Positions 46,403 to 61,400 of a DNA stretch of 64,000 nucleotides are shown here, in pieces. A program made the position numbers and the translations under genes. The stretch is from Eledone cirrhosa. Its lineage: Eukaryota. Where the stretch lies: positions 1-64,000 of the forward strand of contig CAXHJY010001288.1 of assembly GCA_964016885.1 (NCBI GenBank). Reading direction: 5' to 3'. The notes below the pieces were generated by a model. It ran no database searches and was not told the DNA's origin. It saw only the letters and a program-made list of their open reading frames with translations. Position 1 is the stretch's first letter. Every line of letters begins with the position of its first letter.

Positions 46403-49400
46403 CATTGTGGAGTAGTCATGTTAAACATTGTGGAGTAGTTATGTTAGACAGGGCGGTGGATTGGCAGTATCGGTAGAGGGTCGGACGCCATGCTTTCCAG
46501 CAAAGTTACGTCCCTTTACGATCTGAGTTCAAATCCCACCGGTGTTGACTTTGCCTTTCATCCTTACGGGGTCGATAAAATGAAGTACCAGTAATGCACT
46601 GGGTAATTTGCTGGCCTTGTGCCTAAAGTAGAAACAATATATTAGACATAGTGGAGTAGTTATGTTAGACATTGTGGAGTAGTTATGTTAAACATTGTCG
46701 AGTAGTTATGTTAGACATTGTGCAGTAGTTATGTTAGACATTGTGGACTAGTTATGTTAGTTATTGTGGAGTAGTTATGTTAGACATAGTGGAGTAGTTA
46801 TGTTAAACATTGTGGAGTAGTTATGTTAGACATTGTGGAGTAGTTATGTTAGTTATTGTGGAGTAGTTATGTTAGACATTGTGGAGTAGTTATGTTAGTT
46901 ATTGTGGAGTAGTTATGTTAGACATAGTGGAGTAGTTATGTTAGACATTGTGGAGTAGTTATGTTAGACATTGTGGAGTAGTTATGTTAGACATTGTGGA
47001 CTAGTTATGTTAGTTATTGTGGAGTAGTTATGTTAGACATTGTGCAGTAGTTATGTTAGTTATTGTGGAGTAGTTATGTTAGTTATTGTGGAGTAGTTAT
47101 GTTAGACATTGTGTAGTAGTTATGTTAGACATAGTGGAGTAGTTATGTTAGACATTGTGGAGTAGTTATGTTAGACATTGTGCAGTAGTTATGTTAGACA
47201 TTGTGGACTAGTTATGTTAGTTATTGTGGAGTAGTTATGTTAGACATAGTGGAGTAGTTATGTTAGACATTGTGGAGTAGTTATGTTAGACATTGTGGAG
47301 TAGTTATGTTAGATATTGTGGAGTAGTTATGTTAGACATAGTGGAGTAGTTATGTTAAACATTGTGTAGTAGTTATGTTAGACATTGTGGAGTAGTTATG
47401 TTAGATATTGTGGAGTAGTTATGTTAGACATAGTGGAGTAGTTATGTTAGATATTGTGGAGTAGTTATGTTAGACATAGTGGAGTAGTTATGTTAAACAT
47501 TGTGTAGTAGTTATGTTAGATATTGTGGAGTAGTTATGTTAGATATTGTGGAGTAGTTATGTTAAACATTGTGTAGTAGTTATGTTAGACATTGTGGAGT
47601 AGTTATGTTAGATATTGTGGAGTAGTTATGTTAGATATTGTGGAGTAGTTATATTAGATATTGTGGAGTAGTTATGTTAGATATTGTGGAGTAGTTATGT
47701 TAGATATTGTGGAGTAGTTATATTAGATATTGTGGAGTAGTTATGTTAGATATTGTGGAGTAGTTATGTTAGACATAGTGGAGTAGTTATGTTAGTTATT
47801 GTGGAGTAGTTATGTTAGACATTGTGGAGTAGTTATGTTAGACATTGTGGAGTAGTTATGTTAGATATTGTGGAGTAGTTATGTTAGACATAGTGGAGTA
47901 GTTATGTTAGACATTGTGGAGTAGTTATGTTAGACATTGTGGAGTAGTTATGTTAGACATTGTGGAGTAGTTATGTTAGATATTGTGGAGTAGTTATGTT
48001 AGACATAGTGGAGTAGTTATGTTAAACATTGTGGAGTAGTTAAGTTAGTTATTGTGGAGTAGTTATCTTAGTTATTGTAGAGTAGTTATGTTAGACATTG
48101 TGGAGTAGTTATGTTAGACATAGTGGAGTAGTTATGTTAGTTATTGTGGAGTAGTTAAGTTAGTTATTGTGGAGTAGTTATCTTAGTTATTGTAGAGTAG
48201 TTATGTTAGACATTGTGGAGTAGTTATGTTAGTTATTGTGGAGTTATTTTAGACATTGTGGAGTAGTTATGTTAGTTATTGTGGAGTTATGTTAGATATT
48301 GTGGAGTAGTTATGTTAGACATTGTGGAGTAGTTATGTTAGACATTGTGGAGTAGTTATGTTAGACATTGTGGAGTTATGTTAGACATTGTGGAGTAGTT
48401 ATGTTAGACATTGTGGAGTAGTTATGTTAGACATTGTGGAGTAGTTATGTTAGACATTGTGGAGTTATGTTAGACATTGTGGAGTAGTTATGTTAGACAT
48501 TGTGCAGTAGTTATGTTAGACATTGTGGAGTAGTTATGTTAGTTATTGTGGAGTTATTTTAGACATTGTGGAGTAGTTATGTTAGTTATTGTGGAGTAGT
48601 TATGTTAGATATTGTGGAGTAGTTATGTTAGACATTGTGGAGTAGTTATGTTAGACATTGTGGAGTTATGTTAGACATTGTGGAGTAGTTATGTTAGTTA
48701 TTGTGGAGTAGTTATGTTAGTTATTGTGGAGTAGTTATGTTAGACATTGTGGAGTAGTTATGTTAGACATTGTGGAGTAGTTATGTTAGACGTTGTGGAG
48801 TAGTTATGTTAATTATTGTGGAGTAGCTATGTTAGACATTGTGGAGTAGTTATGTTAGTTATTGTGGAGTAGTTATGTTAGACATTGTGGAGTAGTTACT
48901 TTAGACATTGTGGAGTATTTATGTTAGACATTGTGGAGTAGTATGTTAGACATTGTGGAATAGTTATGTTAGTTATAGTGGAGTAGTTATGTTAGATATT
49001 GTGGAGTAGTTATGTTAGACATTGTGGAGTATTTAAGTTAGTTATTGTGCAGTTATGTTAGACATGGTGGAGTAATTATGGTAGACATTGTGGAGTTATG
49101 TTAGACAATGTGGAGTTATGTTAGACATTGTGGAGTTATGTTAGACATTGTGGAGTAGTATGTTAGACATTGTGGAGTAGTTATGTGAGATATTGTGGAG
49201 TAGTTATGTCAGACATTGTGGAGTAGTTATGTTACACATTGTGTAGTAGTTATCTCAGACATTGGGGAGTAGTTATGTTAGACATTGTGGAGAAGTTATG
49301 TTAGACATTGTGGAGTAGTTATGTTAGACATTGTGTAGTAGTTATGTCAGACATTGTGGAGTTATGTTAGACATTGTGGAGTAGTTATGTTAATTATTGT

Positions 49401-52400
49401 GGAGTAGTTATGTGAGGCATTGTGGAGTAGTTATGTGAGATATTGTGGAGTAGTTATGTCAGACATTGTGGAGTAGTTATGTTAGACATAGTGGAGTAGT
49501 TATGTTAAACATTGTGTAGTAGTTATGTTAGACATTGTGGAGTAGTTATGTTAGATATTGTGGAGTAGTTATGTTAGACATAGTGGAGTAGTTATGTTAG
49601 TTATTGTGGAGTAGTTATGTTAGACATTGTGGAGTAGTTATGTTAGACCTTGTGGAGTAGTTATGTTAGTTATTGTGGAGTAGTTGTTAGACATTGTGGA
49701 GTAGTTATGTTAGACATTGTGGAGTTATGTTAGACATTGTGGAGTAGTTATGTTAGTTATTGTGGAGTAGTTATGTTAGACATTGTGGAGTAGTTATGTT
49801 AGTTATTGTGGAGTAGTTATGTTAGACATTGTGGAGTAGTTATGTTAGACATTGTGGAGTAGTTATGTTAGTTATTGTGGAGTAGTTATGTTAGTTATTG
49901 TGGAGTAGTTATGTTAGACATTGTGGAGTAGTTATGTTAGTTATTGTGCAGTAGTTATGTTAGGCATTGTGGAGTAGTTATGTTAGTTATTGTGGAGTAG
50001 TTATGTTAGTTATTGTGGAGTAGTTATGTTAGACATTGTGGAGTAGTTATGTTAGTTATTGTGCAGTAGTTATGTTAGGCATTGTGGAGTAGTTATGTTA
50101 GTTATTGTGGAGTAGTTATCTTAGTTATTGTAGAGTAGTTATGTTAGACATTGTGGAGTAGTTATGTTAGACACTGTGGAGTAGTTATGTTAGACATTGT
50201 GGAGTAGTTATGTTAGTTATTGTGGAGTTATTTTAGACATTGTGGAGTAGTTATGTTAGACATTGTGGAGTAGTTATGTTAGATATTGTGGAGTAGTTAT
50301 GTTAGACATTGTGGAGTTATGTTAGACATTGTGGAGTAGTTATGTTAGTTATTGTGGAGTAGTTATGTTAGACATTGTGGAGTAGTTATGTTAGATATTG
50401 TGGAGTAGTTATGTTAGACATTGTGGACTAGTTATGTTAGTTATTGTGGAGTAGTTATGTTAGACATTGTGCAGTAGTTATGTTAGACATTGTGGAGTTA
50501 TGTTAGTTATTGTGGAGTAGTTATGTTAGTTATTGTGGAGTAGTTATGTTAGACATTGTGTAGTAGTTATGTTAGACATTGTGGAGTAGTTATGTTAGAC
50601 ACTGTGGAGTAGTTATGTTAGACATTGTGGAGTAGTTATGTTAGACATTGTGGAGTATTTATGTTAGATATTGTGGAGTAGTTATGTTAGACATTGTGGA
50701 GTATTTATGTTAGATATTGTGGAGTAGTTATGTTAGACATTGTGGAGTATTTATGTTAGATATTGTGGAGTAGTTATGTTAAACATTGTGTAGTAGTTAT
50801 GTTAGACATTGTGGAGTAGTTATGTTAGACATTGTGGAGTAGTTATGTTAGTTATTGTGGAGTAGTTATGTTAGATATTGTGGAGTAGTTATATTAGTTA
50901 TTGTGGAGTAGTTATGTTAGACATTGTGGAGTAGTTATGTTAGACATTGTGGAGTATTTATGTTAGTTATTGTGGAGTAGTTATGTTAGATATTGTGGAG
51001 TAGTTATATTAGTTATTGTGGAGTAGTTATGTTAGTTATTGTGGAGTAGTTATGTTAGTTATTGTGGAGTAGTTATGTTAGACATTGTGGAGTAGTTATG
51101 TTAGTTATTGTGTAGTAGTTATGTTAGACATTGTGGAGTAGTTATGTTAGACATTGTGGAGTTATGTTAGACATTGTGGAGTAGTTATGTTAGTTATTGT
51201 GGAGTAGTTATGTTAGTTATTGTGGAGTAGTTATGTTAGTTATTGTGGAGTAGTTATGTTAGACATTGTGGAGTAGTTATGTTAGTTATTGTGTAGTAGT
51301 TATGTTAGACATTGTGGAGTAGTTATGTTAGACATTGTGGAGTTATGTTAGACATTGTGGAGTAGTTATGTTAGTTATTGTGGAGTAGTTATGTTAGTTA
51401 TTGTGGAGTAGTTATGTTAGTTATTGTGGAGTAGTTATGTTAGACATTGTGGAGTAGTTATGTTAGTTATTGTGTAGTAGTTATGTTAGACATTGTGGAG
51501 TAGTTATGTTAGACATTGTGGAGTTATGTTAGACATTGTGGAGTAGTTATGTTAGTTATTGTGGAGTTATTTTAGACATTGTGGAGTAGTTATGTTAGTT
51601 ATTGTGGAGTAGTTATGTTAGACATTGTGGAGTAGTTATGTTAGACATTGTGGAGTTATGTTAGACATTGTGGAGTAGTTATGTTAGTTATTGTGGAGTA
51701 GTTATGTTAGACATTGTGGAGTTATGTTAGACATTGTGGAGTAGTTATGTTAGTTATTGTGGAGTAGTTATGTTAGTTATTGTGGAGTAGTTATGTTAGA
51801 CATTGTGGAGTAGTTATGTTAGACATTGTGGAGTAGTTATGTTAGACATTGTGGAGTAGTTATGTTAGACATTGTGGAGTAGTTATGTTAGACATTGTGT
51901 AGTAGTTATGTTAGACATTGTGGAGTAGTTATGTTAGACATTGTGGAGTAGTTATGTTAGTTATTGTGGAGTTATTTTAGACATTGTGGAGTAGTTATGT
52001 TAGTTATTGTGGAGTAGTTATGTTAGACATTGTGGAGTAGTTATGTTAGACATTGTGGAGTAGTTATGTTAGTTATTGTGGAGTTATGTTAGACATTGTG
52101 GAGTAGTTATGTTAGTTATTGTGGAGTAGTTATGTTAGTTATTGTGGAGTAGTTATGTTAGTTATTGTGGAGTAGTTATGTTAGACATTGTGGACTAGTT
52201 ATGTTAGACACTGTGGAGTAGTTATGTTAGACATTGTGGAGTAGTTATGTTAGACATTGTGGAGTAGTTATGTTAGTTATTGTGGAGTAGTTATGTTAGT
52301 TATTGTGGAGTAGTTATGTTAGACATTGTGGAGTAGTTATGTTAGACATTGTGGAGTAGTTATGTTAGTTATTGTGGAGTAGTTATGTTAGTTATTGTGG

Positions 52401-55400
52401 AGTAGTTATGTTAGTTATTGTGGAGTAGTTATGTTAGACATTGTGGAGTAGTTATGTTAGTTATTGTGGAGTAGTTATGTTAGTTATTGTGGAGTAGTTA
52501 TGTTAGACATTGTGCAGTAGTTATGTTAGACATTGTGGAGTAGTTATGTTAGACATTGTGGAGTAGTTATGTTAGTTATTGTGGAGTAGTTATGTTAGTT
52601 ATTGTGGAGTAGTTATGTTAGACATTGTGGAGTAGTTATGTTAGTTATTGTGGAGTAGTTATGTTAGTTATTGTGGAGTAGTTATGTTAGTTATTGTGGA
52701 GTAGTTATGTTAGACATTGTGCAGTAGTTATGTTAGACATTGTGGAGTAGTTATGTTAAACATTGTGGAGTTATGTTAGACATTGTGGAGTAGTTATGTT
52801 AATTATTGTGGAGTAGTTATGTTAGACACTGTGGAGTAGTTATGTTAGACACTGTGGAGTAGTTATGTTAGACATTGTGGAGTAGTTATGTTAGACATTG
52901 TGGAGTAGTTATGTTAGACATTGTGGAGTAGTTATGTTAGACAGTGTGGAGTAGTATGTTAGATATTGTGGAGTAGTTATGTTAGATATTGTGGAGTAGT
53001 TATGTTCGACATTGTAGAATAGTTATGTTAATTATTGTGCAGTAGTTATGTTAGTTATTGTGGAGTTATGTTAGACATTGTGGAGTAGTTATGTTAGTTA
53101 TTGTGGAGTTATGTTAGACATTGTGGAGTAGTTATGTTAGACATTGTGGAGTAGTTATGTTAGACATTGTGGAGTAGTTATGTGAGATATTGTGGAGTAG
53201 TTATGTCAGACATTGTGGAGTAGTTATGTTAGACATTGTGTAGTAGTTATGTTCGACATTGTAGAATAGTTATGTTAATTATTGTGCAGTAGTTATGTTA
53301 GTTATTGTGGAGTTATGTTAGACATTGTGGAGTAGTTATGTTAGTTATTGTGGAGTTATGTTAGACATTGTGGAGTAGTTATGTTAGACATTGTGGAGTA
53401 GTTATGTTAGACATTGTGGAGTAGTTATGTGAGATATTGTGGAGTAGTTATGTCAGACATTGTGGAGTAGTTATGTTAGACATTGTGTAGTAGTTATGTC
53501 AGACATTGTGTAGTAGTTATGTCAGACATTGTGGAGTAGTTATGTTAGACATTGTGTAGTTGTTATGTTAGACATTGGGGAGTAGTGTGTTAGACGTTGT
53601 GGAATAGTTATGTTAGTTATAGTGGAGTAGTTATGTTAGACATAGTAGAATAGTTATGTTAGATATTATGGAGTAATGTTAGACATTGTGGGGGTAGTTA
53701 TGTTAGATATTGTGTATTAGATATGTTAGACATTGTGGAGTAGTTACGTTAGACATTGTGGAGTAGTTACGTTAGACATTGTGGAGTAGTTATGTCAGAC
53801 ATTGTGGAGTAGTTATGTTAGTTATTGTGGAGTAGTTATGTTAGATATTGTGGAGTAGTTATGTTACACATATTGGAGTAGTTTTGTCATACATTGTGGA
53901 GTAGTTATGTTAGACATTGTGGAGTAGTTATGTTACACATAGTGGAGTAGTTATGTCAGACATTGTGGAGTAGTTATGTTAGTTATTATGGAGTAGTTAT
54001 GGTAGACATTGTGGAGTAGTTATGTTAGAAATTGTGGAGTTATGTTAGAAATTGTGGAGTAGTTATGTTAGTTATTGTGGAGTAGTTATGTTAGTTATTG
54101 TGGAGTAGTTATGTTAGACATTGTGGAGTAGTTATGTTAGACATTGTGGAGTAGTTATGTTAGACGTTGTGGAGTAGTTATGTTAATTATTGTGGAGTAG
54201 CTATGTTAGACATTGTGGAGTAGTTATGTTAGTTATTGTGGAGTAGTTATGTTAGACATTGTGGAGTAGTTACTTTAGACATTGTGGAGTATTTATGTTA
54301 GACATTGTGGAGTAGTATGTTAGACATTGTGGAATAGTTATGTTAGTTATAGTGGAGTAGTTATGTTAGATATTGTGGAGTAGTTATGTTAGACATTGTG
54401 GAGTATTTAAGTTAGTTATTGTGCAGTTATGTTAGACATGGTGGAGTAATTATGGTAGACATTGTGGAGTTATGTTAGACAATGTGGAGTTATGTTAGAC
54501 ATTGTGGAGTTATGTTAGACATTGTGGAGTAGTATGTTAGACATTGTGGAGTAGTTATGTGAGATATTGTGGAGTAGTTATGTCAGACATTGTGGAGTAG
54601 TTATGTTACACATTGTGTAGTAGTTATCTCAGACATTGGGGAGTAGTTATGTTAGACATTGTGGAGAAGTTATGTTAGACATTGTGGAGTAGTTATGTTA
54701 GACATTGTGTAGTAGTTATGTCAGACATTGTGGAGTTATGTTAGACATTGTGGAGTAGTTATGTTAATTATTGTGGAGTAGTTATGTGAGGCATTGTGGA
54801 GTAGTTATGTGAGATATTGTGGAGTAGTTATGTCAGACATTGTGGAGTAGTTATGTTAGACATAGTGGAGTAGTTATGTTAAACATTGTGTAGTAGTTAT
54901 GTTAGACATTGTGGAGTAGTTATGTTAGATATTGTGGAGTAGTTATGTTAGACATAGTGGAGTAGTTATGTTAGTTATTGTGGAGTAGTTATGTTAGACA
55001 TTGTGGAGTAGTTATGTTAGACCTTGTGGAGTAGTTATGTTAGTTATTGTGGAGTAGTTGTTAGACATTGTGGAGTAGTTATGTTAGACATTGTGGAGTT
55101 ATGTTAGACATTGTGGAGTAGTTATGTTAGTTATTGTGGAGTAGTTATGTTAGACATTGTGGAGTAGTTATGTTAGTTATTGTGGAGTAGTTATGTTAGA
55201 CATTGTGGAGTAGTTATGTTAGACATTGTGGAGTAGTTATGTTAGTTATTGTGGAGTAGTTATGTTAGTTATTGTGGAGTAGTTATGTTAGACATTGTGG
55301 AGTAGTTATGTTAGTTATTGTGCAGTAGTTATGTTAGGCATTGTGGAGTAGTTATGTTAGTTATTGTGGAGTAGTTATGTTAGTTATTGTGGAGTAGTTA

Positions 55401-58400
55401 TGTTAGACATTGTGGAGTAGTTATGTTAGTTATTGTGCAGTAGTTATGTTAGGCATTGTGGAGTAGTTATGTTAGTTATTGTGGAGTAGTTATCTTAGTT
55501 ATTGTAGAGTAGTTATGTTAGACATTGTGGAGTAGTTATGTTAGACACTGTGGAGTAGTTATGTTAGACATTGTGGAGTAGTTATGTTAGTTATTGTGGA
55601 GTTATTTTAGACATTGTGGAGTAGTTATGTTAGACATTGTGGAGTAGTTATGTTAGATATTGTGGAGTAGTTATGTTAGACATTGTGGAGTTATGTTAGA
55701 CATTGTGGAGTAGTTATGTTAGTTATTGTGGAGTAGTTATGTTAGACATTGTGGAGTAGTTATGTTAGATATTGTGGAGTAGTTATGTTAGACATTGTGG
55801 ACTAGTTATGTTAGTTATTGTGGAGTAGTTATGTTAGACATTGTGCAGTAGTTATGTTAGACATTGTGGAGTTATGTTAGTTATTGTGGAGTAGTTATGT
55901 TAGTTATTGTGGAGTAGTTATGTTAGACATTGTGTAGTAGTTATGTTAGACATTGTGGAGTAGTTATGTTAGACACTGTGGAGTAGTTATGTTAGACATT
56001 GTGGAGTAGTTATGTTAGACATTGTGGAGTATTTATGTTAGATATTGTGGAGTAGTTATGTTAGACATTGTGGAGTATTTATGTTAGATATTGTGGAGTA
56101 GTTATGTTAGACATTGTGGAGTATTTATGTTAGATATTGTGGAGTAGTTATGTTAAACATTGTGTAGTAGTTATGTTAGACATTGTGGAGTAGTTATGTT
56201 AGACATTGTGGAGTAGTTATGTTAGTTATTGTGGAGTAGTTATGTTAGATATTGTGGAGTAGTTATATTAGTTATTGTGGAGTAGTTATGTTAGACATTG
56301 TGGAGTAGTTATGTTAGACATTGTGGAGTATTTATGTTAGTTATTGTGGAGTAGTTATGTTAGATATTGTGGAGTAGTTATATTAGTTATTGTGGAGTAG
56401 TTATGTTAGTTATTGTGGAGTAGTTATGTTAGTTATTGTGGAGTAGTTATGTTAGACATTGTGGAGTAGTTATGTTAGTTATTGTGTAGTAGTTATGTTA
56501 GACATTGTGGAGTAGTTATGTTAGACATTGTGGAGTTATGTTAGACATTGTGGAGTAGTTATGTTAGTTATTGTGGAGTAGTTATGTTAGTTATTGTGGA
56601 GTAGTTATGTTAGTTATTGTGGAGTAGTTATGTTAGACATTGTGGAGTAGTTATGTTAGTTATTGTGTAGTAGTTATGTTAGACATTGTGGAGTAGTTAT
56701 GTTAGACATTGTGGAGTTATGTTAGACATTGTGGAGTAGTTATGTTAGTTATTGTGGAGTAGTTATGTTAGTTATTGTGGAGTAGTTATGTTAGTTATTG
56801 TGGAGTAGTTATGTTAGACATTGTGGAGTAGTTATGTTAGTTATTGTGTAGTAGTTATGTTAGACATTGTGGAGTAGTTATGTTAGACATTGTGGAGTTA
56901 TGTTAGACATTGTGGAGTAGTTATGTTAGTTATTGTGGAGTTATTTTAGACATTGTGGAGTAGTTATGTTAGTTATTGTGGAGTAGTTATGTTAGACATT
57001 GTGGAGTAGTTATGTTAGACATTGTGGAGTTATGTTAGACATTGTGGAGTAGTTATGTTAGTTATTGTGGAGTAGTTATGTTAGACATTGTGGAGTTATG
57101 TTAGACATTGTGGAGTAGTTATGTTAGTTATTGTGGAGTAGTTATGTTAGTTATTGTGGAGTAGTTATGTTAGACATTGTGGAGTAGTTATGTTAGACAT
57201 TGTGGAGTAGTTATGTTAGACATTGTGGAGTAGTTATGTTAGACATTGTGGAGTAGTTATGTTAGACATTGTGTAGTAGTTATGTTAGACATTGTGGAGT
57301 AGTTATGTTAGACATTGTGGAGTAGTTATGTTAGTTATTGTGGAGTTATTTTAGACATTGTGGAGTAGTTATGTTAGTTATTGTGGAGTAGTTATGTTAG
57401 ACATTGTGGAGTAGTTATGTTAGACATTGTGGAGTAGTTATGTTAGTTATTGTGGAGTTATGTTAGACATTGTGGAGTAGTTATGTTAGTTATTGTGGAG
57501 TAGTTATGTTAGTTATTGTGGAGTAGTTATGTTAGTTATTGTGGAGTAGTTATGTTAGACATTGTGGACTAGTTATGTTAGACACTGTGGAGTAGTTATG
57601 TTAGACATTGTGGAGTAGTTATGTTAGACATTGTGGAGTAGTTATGTTAGTTATTGTGGAGTAGTTATGTTAGTTATTGTGGAGTAGTTATGTTAGACAT
57701 TGTGGAGTAGTTATGTTAGACATTGTGGAGTAGTTATGTTAGTTATTGTGGAGTAGTTATGTTAGTTATTGTGGAGTAGTTATGTTAGTTATTGTGGAGT
57801 AGTTATGTTAGACATTGTGGAGTAGTTATGTTAGTTATTGTGGAGTAGTTATGTTAGTTATTGTGGAGTAGTTATGTTAGACATTGTGCAGTAGTTATGT
57901 TAGACATTGTGGAGTAGTTATGTTAGACATTGTGGAGTAGTTATGTTAGTTATTGTGGAGTAGTTATGTTAGTTATTGTGGAGTAGTTATGTTAGACATT
58001 GTGGAGTAGTTATGTTAGTTATTGTGGAGTAGTTATGTTAGTTATTGTGGAGTAGTTATGTTAGTTATTGTGGAGTAGTTATGTTAGACATTGTGCAGTA
58101 GTTATGTTAGACATTGTGGAGTAGTTATGTTAAACATTGTGGAGTTATGTTAGACATTGTGGAGTAGTTATGTTAATTATTGTGGAGTAGTTATGTTAGA
58201 CACTGTGGAGTAGTTATGTTAGACACTGTGGAGTAGTTATGTTAGACATTGTGGAGTAGTTATGTTAGACATTGTGGAGTAGTTATGTTAGACATTGTGG
58301 AGTAGTTATGTTAGACAGTGTGGAGTAGTATGTTAGATATTGTGGAGTAGTTATGTTAGATATTGTGGAGTAGTTATGTTCGACATTGTAGAATAGTTAT

Positions 58401-61400
58401 GTTAATTATTGTGCAGTAGTTATGTTAGTTATTGTGGAGTTATGTTAGACATTGTGGAGTAGTTATGTTAGTTATTGTGGAGTTATGTTAGACATTGTGG
58501 AGTAGTTATGTTAGACATTGTGGAGTAGTTATGTTAGACATTGTGGAGTAGTTATGTGAGATATTGTGGAGTAGTTATGTCAGACATTGTGGAGTAGTTA
58601 TGTTAGACATTGTGTAGTAGTTATGTTCGACATTGTAGAATAGTTATGTTAATTATTGTGCAGTAGTTATGTTAGTTATTGTGGAGTTATGTTAGACATT
58701 GTGGAGTAGTTATGTTAGTTATTGTGGAGTTATGTTAGACATTGTGGAGTAGTTATGTTAGACATTGTGGAGTAGTTATGTTAGACATTGTGGAGTAGTT
58801 ATGTGAGATATTGTGGAGTAGTTATGTCAGACATTGTGGAGTAGTTATGTTAGACATTGTGTAGTAGTTATGTCAGACATTGTGTAGTAGTTATGTCAGA
58901 CATTGTGGAGTAGTTATGTTAGACATTGTGTAGTTGTTATGTTAGACATTGGGGAGTAGTGTGTTAGACGTTGTGGAATAGTTATGTTAGTTATAGTGGA
59001 GTAGTTATGTTAGACATAGTAGAATAGTTATGTTAGATATTATGGAGTAATGTTAGACATTGTGGGGGTAGTTATGTTAGATATTGTGTATTAGATATGT
59101 TAGACATTGTGGAGTAGTTACGTTAGACATTGTGGAGTAGTTACGTTAGACATTGTGGAGTAGTTATGTCAGACATTGTGGAGTAGTTATGTTAGTTATT
59201 GTGGAGTAGTTATGTTAGATATTGTGGAGTAGTTATGTTACACATATTGGAGTAGTTTTGTCATACATTGTGGAGTAGTTATGTTAGACATTGTGGAGTA
59301 GTTATGTTACACATAGTGGAGTAGTTATGTCAGACATTGTGGAGTAGTTATGTTAGTTATTATGGAGTAGTTATGGTAGACATTGTGGAGTAGTTATGTT
59401 AGAAATTGTGGAGTTATGTTAGAAATTGTGGAGTTATGTTAGACATTGTGGAGTTATGTTAGACATTGTGGAGTAGTTATGTCAGACATTGTGGAGTAGT
59501 TATGTCAGTTATAGTGGAGTTGTTATGTTAGACATTGTGGGGTAGTTATGTTAGACATAGTGGAGTAGTTATGTCAGACATTATGGAGTAGTTATGTTAG
59601 ACATTGTGGATTAGTTATGTTAGACATTGTGGAGTAGTTATGTTAGACATAGTGGAGTAGTTATGTCAGACATTGTGGAGTAGTTATGTTAGTTATTATG
59701 GAGTTATGCTAGACATTGTACAGTAGTTATGGTAGACATTGTGGAGTAGTTATATTAGACATTGTGGAGTAGTTATATTAGACATTGTGGAGTAGTTATG
59801 TTAGACATTGTTGAGTAGTTATGTCAGACATTGTGGAGTAGTGATGTTAAACATTGTGGGGTAGTTATGTTAGTTATTGTGGAGTAGTTATGTTAGTTAT
59901 TGTGGAGTAGTTATGTTAGTTATTGTGGAGTAGTTATGTTAGTTATTGTGGAGTAGTTATGTTAGTTATTGTGGAGTAGTTATGTTAGTTATTGTGTAGT
60001 TATGTTAGACATGGTGGAGTAGTTATGTTAGTTATTTTGGAGTAGTTATGTTAGTTATTGTGGAGTAGTTATGTTAGTTATTGTGGAGTAGTTATGTTAG
60101 AAATTGTGGAGTAGTTATGTTAGTTATTGTGGAGTAGTTATATTAGACATTGTGGAGTAGTTATGTTAGACATTGTGGAGTTATGTTAGACATCGTGGAG
60201 TTTTGTTAGAAATTGTGGAGTAGTTTTGTCGGAGATTGTGGAGTAGTTATGTCGGAGATTGTGGAGTAGTTATGTTAGAAATGTGGAGTAGTTATGTTAG
60301 ACAATGTGGAGTAGTTATGTTAGAGATTGTGGAGCAGTTATGTTAGACATTGTGGAGTAGTTATGTCAGTTATTGTGTAGTTATGTTAGACATTGTGGAG
60401 TAGTTATCGTAGACATTGTGGAGTAGTTATGTTAAACATTGTGGAGTTATGTTAGACATTGTGGAGTAGTTATGTCAGACATTGTGGAGTAGTTATGTTA
60501 GACATTGTGGAGTTATGTTAGACATTGTGGAGTAGTTATGTTAGACATTGTGGAGTAGTATGTTAGACATTGTGGAATAGTTATTTTAGACATTGTGGAT
60601 TAGTGATGTTAGACATTATGGAGTAGTTATGTCAGACATTGTGGAGTAGTTATGTCAGACATTGTGGAGTAGTTATGTTAGACATTGTGGGGTAGTTATG
60701 TCAGACATAGTGAAGTACTTATGTCAGACATTGTGGAATAGTTATGTTAGTTATAATGGAGTAGTTATGTTACACATTGTGGAGGAGTTATGTTAGACAT
60801 TGTGGAGTAGTTATATTAGACATTGTGGAGTAGTTATGTTAGACATTGTGGAGTAGTTATGTCAGACATTGTGGAGTAGTTAAATTTAAACATTGTGGAG
60901 TTGTTATGTCACATATTGTGAAGTAGATATGTTAGACATTGTGGAGTTATGTTAGACATTGTGGAGTAGTTAAGTCGGAGATTGTGGAGTAGTTATGTTA
61001 GAAATGTGGAGTAGTTATGTTAGACAATGTGGAGTAGTTATGTTAGAAAATATGGAATAGTTATGTTAGACAATGTGGAGTAGTTATGTTAGAGATTGTG
61101 GAGTAGTTATGTCACTTATTGTGTAGTTATGTTAGTTATTGTGTAGTTATGTTAGACATTGTGGAGTAGTTATGTTACACATTGTGGAGTTATGTTAGAC
61201 ATTGTGGAGTAGTTATGTCAGTCATTGTGGAGTAGTTATGTTAGACATTGTGGAGTTATGTTAGACATTGTGGGATAGTTATGTTAGTTATTGTGGGATA
61301 GTTATGTTAGTTATTGTGGAGTAGTTATGTTAGACATCATGGAGTAATTATGTTAGACATTGTGGAGTAGTTATTTTAGACATTGTTGAGTAGTTATGTT

